From: Prevotellaceae bacterium UBA4336
GTDB taxonomy: Bacteria > Bacteroidota > Bacteroidia > Bacteroidales > Bacteroidaceae
Reading direction: 5' to 3'
DNA: 64,000 nt
Assembly: GCA_002394305.1 (NCBI GenBank)
Contig: DGTM01000011.1
Coordinates: 60,778 to 124,777, forward strand
The stretch's first letter is position 1; the number at the start of each line of letters is the position of its first letter. The translations under genes were made by a program, and so were the position numbers. Under the pieces are notes generated by a model that saw nothing but the letters and a program-made list of their open reading frames with translations, did no database searches and was not told the origin of the DNA. Below are positions 34,452 to 42,315 of this stretch, piece by piece.

Positions 34452-36107
34452 ATGAGTGAACTAAGAATACGTTGCCGCAACAATGGAAAGAAGATAAGCG
34501 TGCCTTTTGGCAGCTCGCTCTATGATGTCTTCGCACAAGCGAACTTCCACATGGACTACGGCCCTGTGGCGGCTCGCGTCAACAACAAGGTGCAAGGCAT
34601 GAACTACCGCTTCTACAACAACAAGGACGTGGAGTTCCTCTCGCTCACTTCCCCCAGCGGGATGCGCACCTACATACGTACCCTCTTCTTCATCCTTGCC
34701 AAGGCGGTGGAGGACACCTTCCCCGAGGCGAAGCTCGTCATCGGGAGCGCCGTGTCGCGCGGCTATTACTGCGAGCTGCACCTCGGTCGTCCGGTGGAGG
34801 AAGAGGACGTGCGTGTCATCAGGCAGCGCATGCAGGAGATTATTGATGCCGACATGTTTATCCATCGCATCCAGTGCCCCATCGAAGATGCCATCGAGAT
34901 GTTCCAGCGGCACGGCATGACCAGCAAGGTGCAACTCCTGGAGAGTCAGGACAGCCTCTACACATATTATTATAAGCTGGGCGACACCATCGACTACTTC
35001 TACGGCTGCCTGCTCACCCGCACCAGCCAGGTGCATCTCTTCGACCTCGTGAAGTTCTACGACAGCCTCCTGCTGCGCATCCCGTCGGTGAAGGACCCGT
35101 CGCGGCTGGAAGAGATGGTGGAGCAGCAGAAGATGCTCGGCGTCATCCGTGAGCATCGGCGCTGGCAGGACATCCTGGGCGTGCGCACCGTGGGCGAGCT
35201 CAACGCGGCAATCCTGGCCGGACATGCCACCGACCTCATCAACGTCAGCGAGGCCTTGCAGGAGAAGAAGCTGGTGGGCATAGCCGACGAGATAGCCGAG
35301 CGCGGCGCCCGCATCGTGCTCCTGGCCGGACCGAGCAGCAGTGGCAAGACGACTACGGCCAAGCGTCTGGCCATCCTCGTCATGGCATGCGGCCTGCGCC
35401 CCCACATCATCAGCACGGACGACTACTTCGTCAATCGTGTCGACACGCCGAAGGATGCCAACGGCGAGTACGACTTCGAGTGCATCGAGGCCGTCGATAC
35501 CGAGCTCTTCAACAAGCAGATGAATGCCCTGCTCAGCGGCGAGGAGGTTGAGCTGCCGCGCTACGACTTCCGTTCCGGCGAGCGTGTCTTCGAGGGGCGC
35601 AAGCTCCGCATAGGGCCGGACGACGTCATCCTGCTCGAAGGCAACCATGCCCTCAACCCAATCTTCACACGCCAGATACCGGAGGAAAAGAAGTTCCGCA
35701 TCTACGTCTCGGCCCTTACGACCATCCAGCTGGACGACCACAACCACATCCCCACGGACGACATCCGCCTGCTGCGCCGCATCCTGCGCGACTACCGGTA
35801 CCGCGGCTTCTCGGCCGTCGAGACCATCAAGCGCGGACCGAGCGTCAAGGCTGGCGAAGAGAAGTGGATCCTGCCCTTCCAGGAACTGGCCGATGCTACG
35901 TTCAACAGCGCCTTGCTCTACGAGTTGGGCGTGATTCGCGACCAGGTGATTCCCATCCTGGAGCAGGTGCCGGAACGTGCCGTCGAGTATGCCGAAGCGT
36001 CGCGTCTGCGCAAGTTCCTGGCCTACTTCCTCAGCATCCCCGGCGACCAGGTGCCGCCCACCAGCCTGTTGCGCGAGTTCGCCGGAGGAAGCTCGTTCAA
36101 GTATTAA
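34452..36107 (+). CDS. Uridine-kinase-family nucleoside kinase with an N-terminal TGS / ThrRS-like second additional domain
   Basis: The track start at 34446 is TTG, and the ATG at 34452 gives MSELRIRC.... The P-loop reads LLAGPSSSGKTTTAKRL. The architecture is typical of Bacteroidales 'nucleoside kinase'. Confidence 0.7.
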   Translation: MSELRIRCRNNGKKISVPFGSSLYDVFAQANFHMDYGPVAARVNNKVQGMNYRFYNNKDVEFLSLTSPSGMRTYIRTLFFILAKAVEDTFPEAKLVIGSAVSRGYYCELHLGRPVEEEDVRVIRQRMQEIIDADMFIHRIQCPIEDAIEMFQRHGMTSKVQLLESQDSLYTYYYKLGDTIDYFYGCLLTRTSQVHLFDLVKFYDSLLLRIPSVKDPSRLEEMVEQQKMLGVIREHRRWQDILGVRTVGELNAAILAGHATDLINVSEALQEKKLVGIADEIAERGARIVLLAGPSSSGKTTTAKRLAILVMACGLRPHIISTDDYFVNRVDTPKDANGEYDFECIEAVDTELFNKQMNALLSGEEVELPRYDFRSGERVFEGRKLRIGPDDVILLEGNHALNPIFTRQIPEEKKFRIYVSALTTIQLDDHNHIPTDDIRLLRRILRDYRYRGFSAVETIKRGPSVKAGEEKWILPFQELADATFNSALLYELGVIRDQVIPILEQVPERAVEYAEASRLRKFLAYFLSIPGDQVPPTSLLREFAGGSSFKY

Positions 36108-36137
36108 AGCCTCACCGCCAAGCAAGGCTCGACGATA

Positions 36138-36343
36138 GTCAACCCTCCTCCGAAGAGAGGGGAGAAAGGAAGACGAGGAGAGGCTGAAACGAAAGCTGTT
36201 ACAGAGTGAAAAAGGATAAAATGATACAGGATTCTCTCTTCGGAGAAGGGAGAAAGAAAGACTAGAACTAAAACTATTACAGAATGAAAAAGAATTCTAA
36301 GACACAGAATTCCCCTCTCCTCGGAGAGGGGCAAGGGGTGAGG
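36138..36343 (+). repeat. ~78-bp tandem repeat, about 2.7 copies. The last copy contains the start codon and first ~20 codons of the downstream gene.
   Basis: Compare aaagctgttacagaGTGaaaaaggat...acaggattctctcttcggagaagggagaaag (36192-36262) with aaaactattacagaATGaaaaagaat...acagaattcccctctcctcggagaggggcaagg (36270-36343). Each unit carries a CTC-rich/GAG-rich hairpin. The last hairpin is perfect (cccctctc-ctcg-gagagggg, 36312-36331). Confidence 0.75.
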
Positions 36344-37432
36344 CTTTGCTCCATTGATGCCCTTCGAGGCTTTGACATGCTGTTCATCATGGGCGGCGCA
36401 GGTTTACTTGCCGCATTGGCACAGTGGATGCCTTGCGACCTGACCGAGACGCTGGCTGAGCAGATGAGTCACGTAGAGTGGGACGGACTCCGCCACCACG
36501 ACACCATCTTCCCGCTGTTCCTCTTCATCGCGGGCATCTCGTTCCCCTTCTCCTTGCAGAAACAGTTGGAGAAGGGCAAGTCCATGACAAGCATCTATCT
36601 GAAAATCGTGCGCCGAGGCTTGATGCTGGTGCTCTTGGGCATGGTCTACGGCGGCCTGCTGAACTTCAATTTCGACACGCAGCGTATCCCCAGTGTGTTA
36701 GGGCGAATCGGTCTGGCCTGGATGTTTGCAGCCCTCATATTCACCGCGACGGGCAGGAAGTTGTGGCCGAAGGTGGCTGTCGTACCGGTCATTCTGATTG
36801 CTTACTGGCTGGTTTCTGCCTTCGTGCACGCGCCGGATGTCAGCCCCTCAGTCGAGCCTCTGACGCGCGAAGGCAACATCGCCTGCTACATCGACCGCAC
36901 GTTGCTGGGTGCCCATTGCTACAGACCCGACTACGACCCTGAGGGCCTTTTCTCCACCATCCCTGCCATCTGCACGGCTATGCTGGGAATGCTTACCGGC
37001 CTCTTCGTGCAGCGTTCCAAGCCTACGTCGCGGACGGCGCTCACGCTCTTCGCGGCAGGCATCGTCTTTGCCCTCTTGGGCGCAGCGTGGAACACCATCT
37101 ATCCCATTAATAAGGCCCTGTGGAGCAGCTCCTTCGTGCTGGCCGTTGCCGGATATTCCCTTGTGATGTTCGCCCTGTTCTACTACCTCATAGAGGTGTT
37201 GGGGTGGCGGCGTTGGGCGTTTTTCTTTACGGTCATCGGCATGAACTCCATCACCATCTACCTGGGGCAGCGCTTCATCAACTTCTCCTACACGTCCGAG
37301 AAGCTCTTCTCCGGCCTTGTGAAGCTGATGCCGGAGAACTCGCAGACCTTCTTCACCCAGCTGGCCTACATCGTCGTCTGCTGGCTCTTCCTCTACTTCC
37401 TCTACCGCAAGCGCGTGTTCCTGAAGGTGTGA
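36284..37432 (+). CDS. DUF5009/DUF1624 membrane acyltransferase-like protein (heparan-alpha-glucosaminide N-acetyltransferase-like)
   Basis: 382 aa and polytopic. It carries CSIDALRGFDMLFIMGG and HVEWDGLRHHDTIFPLFLFIAGISFPFS, typical of this family. Confidence 0.7.
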   Translation: MKKNSKTQNSPLLGEGQGVRLCSIDALRGFDMLFIMGGAGLLAALAQWMPCDLTETLAEQMSHVEWDGLRHHDTIFPLFLFIAGISFPFSLQKQLEKGKSMTSIYLKIVRRGLMLVLLGMVYGGLLNFNFDTQRIPSVLGRIGLAWMFAALIFTATGRKLWPKVAVVPVILIAYWLVSAFVHAPDVSPSVEPLTREGNIACYIDRTLLGAHCYRPDYDPEGLFSTIPAICTAMLGMLTGLFVQRSKPTSRTALTLFAAGIVFALLGAAWNTIYPINKALWSSSFVLAVAGYSLVMFALFYYLIEVLGWRRWAFFFTVIGMNSITIYLGQRFINFSYTSEKLFSGLVKLMPENSQTFFTQLAYIVVCWLFLYFLYRKRVFLKV

Positions 37433-37458
37433 GACGCGAAGGCTTCGTGCCATGACTG

Positions 37459-38364
37459 TCAAATGGCATCTATCTCTTCGAGAGTCAGTCCTGTGTATCT
37501 TGCTATCAATTCTGCCGCCATACCGTCGTCCTTCATCTTCTGAGCCGTCTCAAGTTTTCCTTCAGCCCTTCCTTCAGCTCTTCCTTCAGCTCTTCCTTCA
37601 GCCCTTCCTTCAGCCCTTCCTTCAGCTCTTCCTTCCTTTTGTGCAGTGGAAATTACATCGTTCTGCACCATGATGGCATCCAGATGGCGGTCGTAGGAGA
37701 GTTGTTCCTCGCGCGGCATCTGCATGTACTGCAGCTGTCTGCGAGCCTCTTGCAGGCCGGGAGCCGTAGTGTCGTCCTTGATGTGGCCGGAGCGCAGGTA
37801 GTCGAGCCACTCCTCCAGCGGGGTCGTTGCCACCTTGTTGAACTCGTTCACGCGGATGAGGAAGTACTCGGGGAAGACCTGTTCGGGAGTCTTCATCTCG
37901 ATGATGTCCTTCTCCTTCGTCGTTATCTGGAGCGTGTCGCCGGTATGTACGCCGGTGAATGTGGTCTGCCCGTGGTAGAGGTAGTCGGCACCCTTGCCGA
38001 GGTCGAAGTAGAGGATACTGATGCTGTAGACTTTTTTCACCTTGTCGTACTTGTCACCGAGCTGTATGTGTTCGGTAATGGACTTCGCCACGCCGTAGAG
38101 GATGCGCTCCAGATAGTATAGTTCCCTTGTGAGCTGTATCTCCACGATGATGATTTCCCCTTTGGAGTTCTTTGCCTTCACGTCGACGCGGTTGAACTTG
38201 TCGTCGTAGGTGTCCTGGTTCCCTTCGCTCTCCAGAATCTCCTCGATGTGCACTTCCTCGTTCAGCAGCACGGTGATAAGCCCTTCCAGCACTCCGAAGT
38301 TGGCCTTGTTGCGGAGCATGCGCTTAGCTGCCCAGTCGAAGCGTACGTATTTGTCTTTTGCCAT
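37459..38364 (-). CDS. PD-(D/E)XK nuclease-family transposase-like protein (Rpn/YhgA-like)
   Basis: 301 aa. The sequence YVRFDWAAKRMLR...NRVDVKAKNSKGEIIIVEIQLTRELYYLERILYG fits the PDDEXK_2/Rpn pattern (D...E.Q core). No inverted repeats or integrase lie nearby. Confidence 0.65.
   Translation of the reverse strand: MAKDKYVRFDWAAKRMLRNKANFGVLEGLITVLLNEEVHIEEILESEGNQDTYDDKFNRVDVKAKNSKGEIIIVEIQLTRELYYLERILYGVAKSITEHIQLGDKYDKVKKVYSISILYFDLGKGADYLYHGQTTFTGVHTGDTLQITTKEKDIIEMKTPEQVFPEYFLIRVNEFNKVATTPLEEWLDYLRSGHIKDDTTAPGLQEARRQLQYMQMPREEQLSYDRHLDAIMVQNDVISTAQKEGRAEGRAEGRAEGRAEGRAEGRAEGKLETAQKMKDDGMAAELIARYTGLTLEEIDAI
37557..37636. repeat. 12-bp tandem repeat, about 6.6 copies (TTCCTTCAGC[CT]C), encoding (GRAE)x6 near the C-terminus of the Rpn-like protein
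   Basis: The protein reads KEGRAEGRAEGRAEGRAEGRAEGRAEGK. Confidence 0.9.
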
Positions 38365-38395
38365 AATAGCCTCCTTGTTTATATGTTTTCGACAG

Positions 38396-38403
38396 CAAAG
38401 TTA
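38396..38403 (-). promoter_or_regulatory. -7 box (TAACTTTG) for the Rpn-like gene
   Basis: It lies 32 nt upstream of the ATG at 38364. Confidence 0.5.
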
Positions 38404-38610
38404 GCAAAAAAATAAATATCGTGCAAGAAGCTGACAAAGAAGTATTAATTTTACCCATTATTCACCCCCTTTATGAAGTGCGCTTCGCGCAGAAATTAAA
38501 CGAAATTGCATTCAAAATTCATCAAAGTAAAATCCTTGTTGTTTAATTTTATATCCAATTTTGATGAATTTCTCGCCGGAGGCGATTCTATTTACAATTC
38601 GTTGAGCAGT

Positions 38611-38649
38611 TACAAAAAAGGGGATGTGTCCGTTTCCCGACACATCCCC
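38611..38649 (-). terminator. Strong intrinsic terminator closing the cohesin/dockerin operon
   Basis: The minus strand reads ggggatgtgtc-gggaaacg-gacacatcccc (perfect 11-bp stem), followed by ttttttgta. It lies 21 nt after the stop of the 60-aa ORF. Confidence 0.8.
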
Positions 38650-38670
38650 TTGGCGTTTTCCGATGTCAGA

Positions 38671-38853
38671 TCAGAAGTCTATATCATCCCAGGAACCCCA
38701 GGAGTCTTCCTTCACGTCCGCATTCAGGTCGCCGTCTCCGTCGACACCTCCGAAGTCAATCTTTGGGTCATCGCTGAACACGCTGGAGGCGAGCATTGAT
38801 TCTACTGTAGCATCTTCAATGTTTATGGCAGGACATACATATATCTTTTTCAT
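38671..38853 (-). CDS. 60-aa highly acidic peptide with one EF-hand/dockerin-like Ca-loop pattern. Last ORF of the operon.
   Basis: The translation is MKKIYVCPAINIEDATVESMLASSVFSDDPKIDFGGVDGDGDLNADVKEDSWGSWDDIDF. DGDGDLNADVKE fits D-x-D-x-D-x-x-x-D-x-x-E. It starts 41 nt after the upstream stop, and the terminator follows directly. There is no signal peptide. Confidence 0.45.
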   Translation of the reverse strand: MKKIYVCPAINIEDATVESMLASSVFSDDPKIDFGGVDGDGDLNADVKEDSWGSWDDIDF

Positions 38854-38894
38854 AGCTTTTTCTGTAATTAAGAGGTTAAACTTCGAGATTGAGA

Positions 38895-40037
38895 TTATCT
38901 GATGACCTTCTTGCCATTCACGATGTTGATGCCATGCTGAGCCTTGCTCACGCGCTGGCCTGCGAGGTTGTAAATAGCTCCCTCGCCTTCGGAAAGGGCT
39001 GGGGTGAGGCTGTTGATGCCGGTTGCTTCGTCGTTGAAGAGGATGTTCACTTTCACCTCAGCCACGTCGTAGTAGCCGTCCAGCACGTAGTAGAGGTCGA
39101 AGTAGCCGCGGTAGCCCTTGATGGCTGAAGCGCCTGTCGAGTACCAGAACTTGTTGCCGCTCAGGAAAATGTTCTCCTCGGGCACCAGCGTTGCTGCGTA
39201 TGTGCCGCGGAAATAGCTGTACTTCCTTCTTTCGCCAACCTGTACTTCGGGCTCCTCTTCTGCTTCGATGCTGACGTTCTCGAACTCGGCCGACTCAACG
39301 TCTGCGCTCACCTTGATGAGCATGGGGGTATTGGCCTCGATGCCGTCAGCAGCATCAGCTGCGGTGAACTTCATGTTGATGTTGTCGTTATCCTCGTCCA
39401 CCTCGACGCCGCTGAAGGAGGCCAGCTCAACATCGTTGCCAAAGGCAGCCTTCACCTGTTCGCCAGTAGCAGCGAAGGGCAGACAGATTGTGCTCCATAC
39501 GTCTGCACTGATGGTGCGCTTCAGGGTGACGTTCACTTCGTCCTCGCTGGCTTCGGGAGCCTCGGTGTCATTCTCGTCGAGGACAACCGTGTGGCGGTCC
39601 ACTACGCTTACGACGAATGTTGCGTCCTCGGCATCAGCGTTGCCATCAGCACCTTCAAAGACGATGTCCGTCACGCTGACATAATAGTCTCCGACAGCCA
39701 CGTCAGCTCCTACCGTGAATTCTACCGTGAGGGTAGCCGACTCGAAAGTCTTGGCTGCGGCAGCAGCAACTTTCACCTTGCCTTCGTTCATGGTGCCGTA
39801 CTCCAGCGAACCGTTCCATCCCTCTATGGCACCGCCGGCCTCCATCGTGAAGCCCTCAGCGGGGAACTGCAGTGCCATCTGTATGCCGGTAAAGGCATCA
39901 GCGGGTGCAGAGAGGTTGAGAGTAGCTGTCACCTTCTCGCCGGGCAGAGCCTCGACGTCGGAGGCAGAGACAGTCTGTGCCATTGATGCTCCGCTTAGTC
40001 CGAAGAGCACAGACAAACTAAGAATTAACTTTTTCAT
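38895..40037 (-). CDS. Secreted protein: cohesin-like module, then a jelly-roll-like middle domain, then a short T9SS-type C-terminal tail
   Basis: 380 aa with the signal peptide MKKLILSLSVLFGLSGASMA. The cohesin-like segment is TVSASDVEALPGEKVTATLNLSAPADAFTGIQMALQFPAEGFTM... (about 39597-39974). The tail is GAIYNLAGQRVSKAQHGINIVNGKKVIR. Confidence 0.6.
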   Translation of the reverse strand: MKKLILSLSVLFGLSGASMAQTVSASDVEALPGEKVTATLNLSAPADAFTGIQMALQFPAEGFTMEAGGAIEGWNGSLEYGTMNEGKVKVAAAAAKTFESATLTVEFTVGADVAVGDYYVSVTDIVFEGADGNADAEDATFVVSVVDRHTVVLDENDTEAPEASEDEVNVTLKRTISADVWSTICLPFAATGEQVKAAFGNDVELASFSGVEVDEDNDNINMKFTAADAADGIEANTPMLIKVSADVESAEFENVSIEAEEEPEVQVGERRKYSYFRGTYAATLVPEENIFLSGNKFWYSTGASAIKGYRGYFDLYYVLDGYYDVAEVKVNILFNDEATGINSLTPALSEGEGAIYNLAGQRVSKAQHGINIVNGKKVIR

Positions 40038-40079
40038 GTCTTCTTATCTTAATTATTTAACTTCTGAAAGTTGATCTGT

Positions 40080-42200
40080 TTATTCCACGAGCTTCTTCAG
40101 GATAGCTGTAGCGTCTAAGGTGTTAATCTTGCCGTCACCGTCAACGTCGGCAGCTTTCTCTACGAAGTCCTCGGGAGTATTGCCTACGAGGTACATCAGG
40201 ATGTAGGAGGCGTCTACCGTGTTGATCTTGCCGTCGCCGTTCACGTCGCCTGGGATGATGGCATCAGCCTCGCGCTGAGCTTCCAGAGCGTCAGCTACGG
40301 GAGCAACCAGTTCGTCCACGGCAGCCTTGTTCTCGTCGAGCGTCTTCTCTTCGTCGTATTCAAGGGCATTGATAGCTTCTACGGCATCAGCGATGATGGC
40401 CTGCGAAGCCTCGCTGTCGCCTTCCTCTGCCATTGCCTCTACAGCAGCAGCCTGTTCAGCCACGTATGCTTCGAAGGCAGCCTTGTCGGCAGCGAGCTGA
40501 GCGGCAGCTACGTCAGCGAGCAGGGCCTCAATGCCGGCGGCGATAGCTTCGCCATTCTGCAGTGTGCTTTCTGCGGTCAGCTTCTCTGCTGCATAGGCGC
40601 CCTCCAGCTTGGCAATGGCATCACTGAGCATGTCTTCCAGGTCAGCGATGGTGTCATCAAACTGCGAAGCCACTTCCGGGTAGTCGTTCTTGATGGTGTT
40701 CTTGGCCTGTCTCAGGGCAGCACGCAGTTCGTCGTACTGTGCCTTCAAGGTCGTATAGGCTTCCTCGTTGGCAGCAGCCTTGGCAGCTTCTGCGTCGGCA
40801 GCACGCTGAGCGGTGAGAGCCTCTTGGGCGTTAGCGGCCACTGCGTCAACGGCAGCCTTGTTCTCGTCGAGAGACTTCTCTTCGTCGTACTCCAGAGCTT
40901 CGATGGCAGCCTTGGCGTCGGCAAGAATCTGCTGTGCAGCCTCGCTGTCGTCTTCCTCGGCCAGAGCTTCTACGGCAGCAGCCTGCTCTGCCAGATACTC
41001 AGCGAAGGCTTCCTTGTCGGCAGCCAGCTGTTCGGCAGCACGCTGTGCAGCCAGAGCCTCCTGAGCTGAAGCGGCAACTTCGTCAATGGCAGCCTTGTTC
41101 TCGTCGAGCGACTTCTCTTCGTCGTACTCCAGAGCTTCGATGTCAGCTACGGCATCAGCGATGATGGCCTGCGAAGCCTCGCTGTCGCCTTCCTCAGCCA
41201 GAGCCTCTAATGCAGCAGCCTGCTCAGCCTTGTACTCGTCGAAGGCAGCCCTGTCAGCAACAGAGGTGTTGGTCACCTTGATGGTAAGGGGGTCGCAGAG
41301 CTGAGACTTTCCTGTGGTGGTTGCCACGCGCAGGTCGGTAAGTGAAATCTCTGCTTCTTCGGCCAAGTCAGCAGTTGCCTTCACGATGAACGAGAAGATG
41401 ACGCCGTCGTTTTCGATAATCTTGGCATTCATGGAGGAACTCAGCACGAAGTTGATGGAACCATTATTATCCTCGAACTTAAACTGTGACTGCTTGGGAA
41501 TACGGTCGGAATAGATGAACCGTTCCTCGGACTCCTCTTCATCGGGCAGTACAATCTCCAGTCCTTCGGGCAAGGTGAGCGTACCCTGGAGGGCCGTAAG
41601 GTCCTGTACATGTACATTGGTCATTGTGACATCCACCTGATATTCCTGTCCCACGGACACCTCGATGCTCTCGGGAGCAGAGAACTTACAATCCAGCCCC
41701 AGCATTTTCACCTTGGCTGTGCATGTCTTGTTCTCGTTCAGCTTTGTACCATTGTCATCGACGATTTCGATGTCCTCAATGTTCAGAACCTCTTCTTTGT
41801 CGTCAAGGGTACCGGCTTCCACGCTGAAGGTGATGATAGCGCCTTCACCGGCAGCAATGGTGCCGTCGGTCTCGACAATCACCAGCTTGCCTGTTCTTTC
41901 ATATGCATCCTTGTCAGATGCCTGCACCATAGCGCCGCGGCCTTTGACGCGTGCCGTTTTGTTCACAGAGTTTTCTTTGTAGGTCAGTCCTTTCGGAAGG
42001 TCGACGGTCAGCTGCAGGGCAGTTACCGGTTGGTCGTTGGTGAGCAGCACAGCCACCTCCTTGGTTTCACCGCTTGCTATAGTGAAATCCTCCACAGAGA
42101 TTTCCACCTTGGCGGACGATGTCAGTGCCTGTGCCAGGAAAAGCATCAGCAGCAGACAGCTTTGCATCGTCCGTTTGCTTATATTTGTGATATTACTCAT
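40080..42200 (-). CDS. Secreted scaffold-like protein: two cohesin-like modules, three ~77-aa acidic helical repeats, and a canonical C-terminal dockerin
   Basis: The track start at 42275 is GTG and lies inside a hairpin. The ATG at 42200 gives MSNITNISKRTMQSCLLLMLFLAQALTSSA (alternatives at 42212 and 42170). The cohesin-like modules lie at about 41706-42110 and 41268-41690. The repeats lie at 41025-41258, 40794-41024 and 40263-40496. The dockerin GDVNGDGKINTVDASYILMYL...ADVDGDGKINTLDATAILKKL lies at 40083-40250. There is no T9SS tail. Confidence 0.65.
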   Translation of the reverse strand: MSNITNISKRTMQSCLLLMLFLAQALTSSAKVEISVEDFTIASGETKEVAVLLTNDQPVTALQLTVDLPKGLTYKENSVNKTARVKGRGAMVQASDKDAYERTGKLVIVETDGTIAAGEGAIITFSVEAGTLDDKEEVLNIEDIEIVDDNGTKLNENKTCTAKVKMLGLDCKFSAPESIEVSVGQEYQVDVTMTNVHVQDLTALQGTLTLPEGLEIVLPDEEESEERFIYSDRIPKQSQFKFEDNNGSINFVLSSSMNAKIIENDGVIFSFIVKATADLAEEAEISLTDLRVATTTGKSQLCDPLTIKVTNTSVADRAAFDEYKAEQAAALEALAEEGDSEASQAIIADAVADIEALEYDEEKSLDENKAAIDEVAASAQEALAAQRAAEQLAADKEAFAEYLAEQAAAVEALAEEDDSEAAQQILADAKAAIEALEYDEEKSLDENKAAVDAVAANAQEALTAQRAADAEAAKAAANEEAYTTLKAQYDELRAALRQAKNTIKNDYPEVASQFDDTIADLEDMLSDAIAKLEGAYAAEKLTAESTLQNGEAIAAGIEALLADVAAAQLAADKAAFEAYVAEQAAAVEAMAEEGDSEASQAIIADAVEAINALEYDEEKTLDENKAAVDELVAPVADALEAQREADAIIPGDVNGDGKINTVDASYILMYLVGNTPEDFVEKAADVDGDGKINTLDATAILKKLVE

Positions 42201-42238
42201 AACATTAAGCATTTGTTTTGTTTTGTGTAAGGTAAAAG

Positions 42239-42277
42239 GGGTGGCAGCCAGTGCCGTGCAGCACGAGGCTGCCACCC
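42239..42277 (-). terminator. Intercistronic stem-loop (perfect 11-bp stem) between the giant gene and the scaffold-like gene. It may be an attenuator or partial terminator.
   Basis: The minus strand reads gggtggcagcc-tcgtgctgcacggcact-ggctgccaccc, followed by cttttacc. It lies 39 nt after the giant's stop. No TAnnTTTG box is visible between it and the next start. Confidence 0.5.
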
Positions 42278-42315
42278 GGGAAACTGAGATGAGAAAAACT
42301 AATGTTTTGCTGGGA

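Noticed and set aside
36104-36334. A 76-aa minus-strand ORF (…LFHSV…SEERIL… repeated), and the plus-strand ORF 37452-37673 (FLQPFLQLFLQ…).
   Set aside because: Both are translations of tandem DNA repeats: the 78-bp repeat and the antisense of the GRAE repeat. Neither has independent coding evidence.
37459-38364. The Rpn-like gene as an intact insertion sequence.
   Set aside because: I found no terminal inverted repeats or target-site duplications around it. The family is only loosely 'transposase-like', so it is annotated as a CDS and not as a mobile element.
42201-42275. The GTG start at 42275 for the 731-aa ORF (MAASCCTALAATPF...).
   Set aside because: The codon lies inside the 11-bp stem of the intercistronic hairpin. 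The added residues precede a normal n-region/h-region signal peptide that begins at the ATG at 42200 (or 42212).
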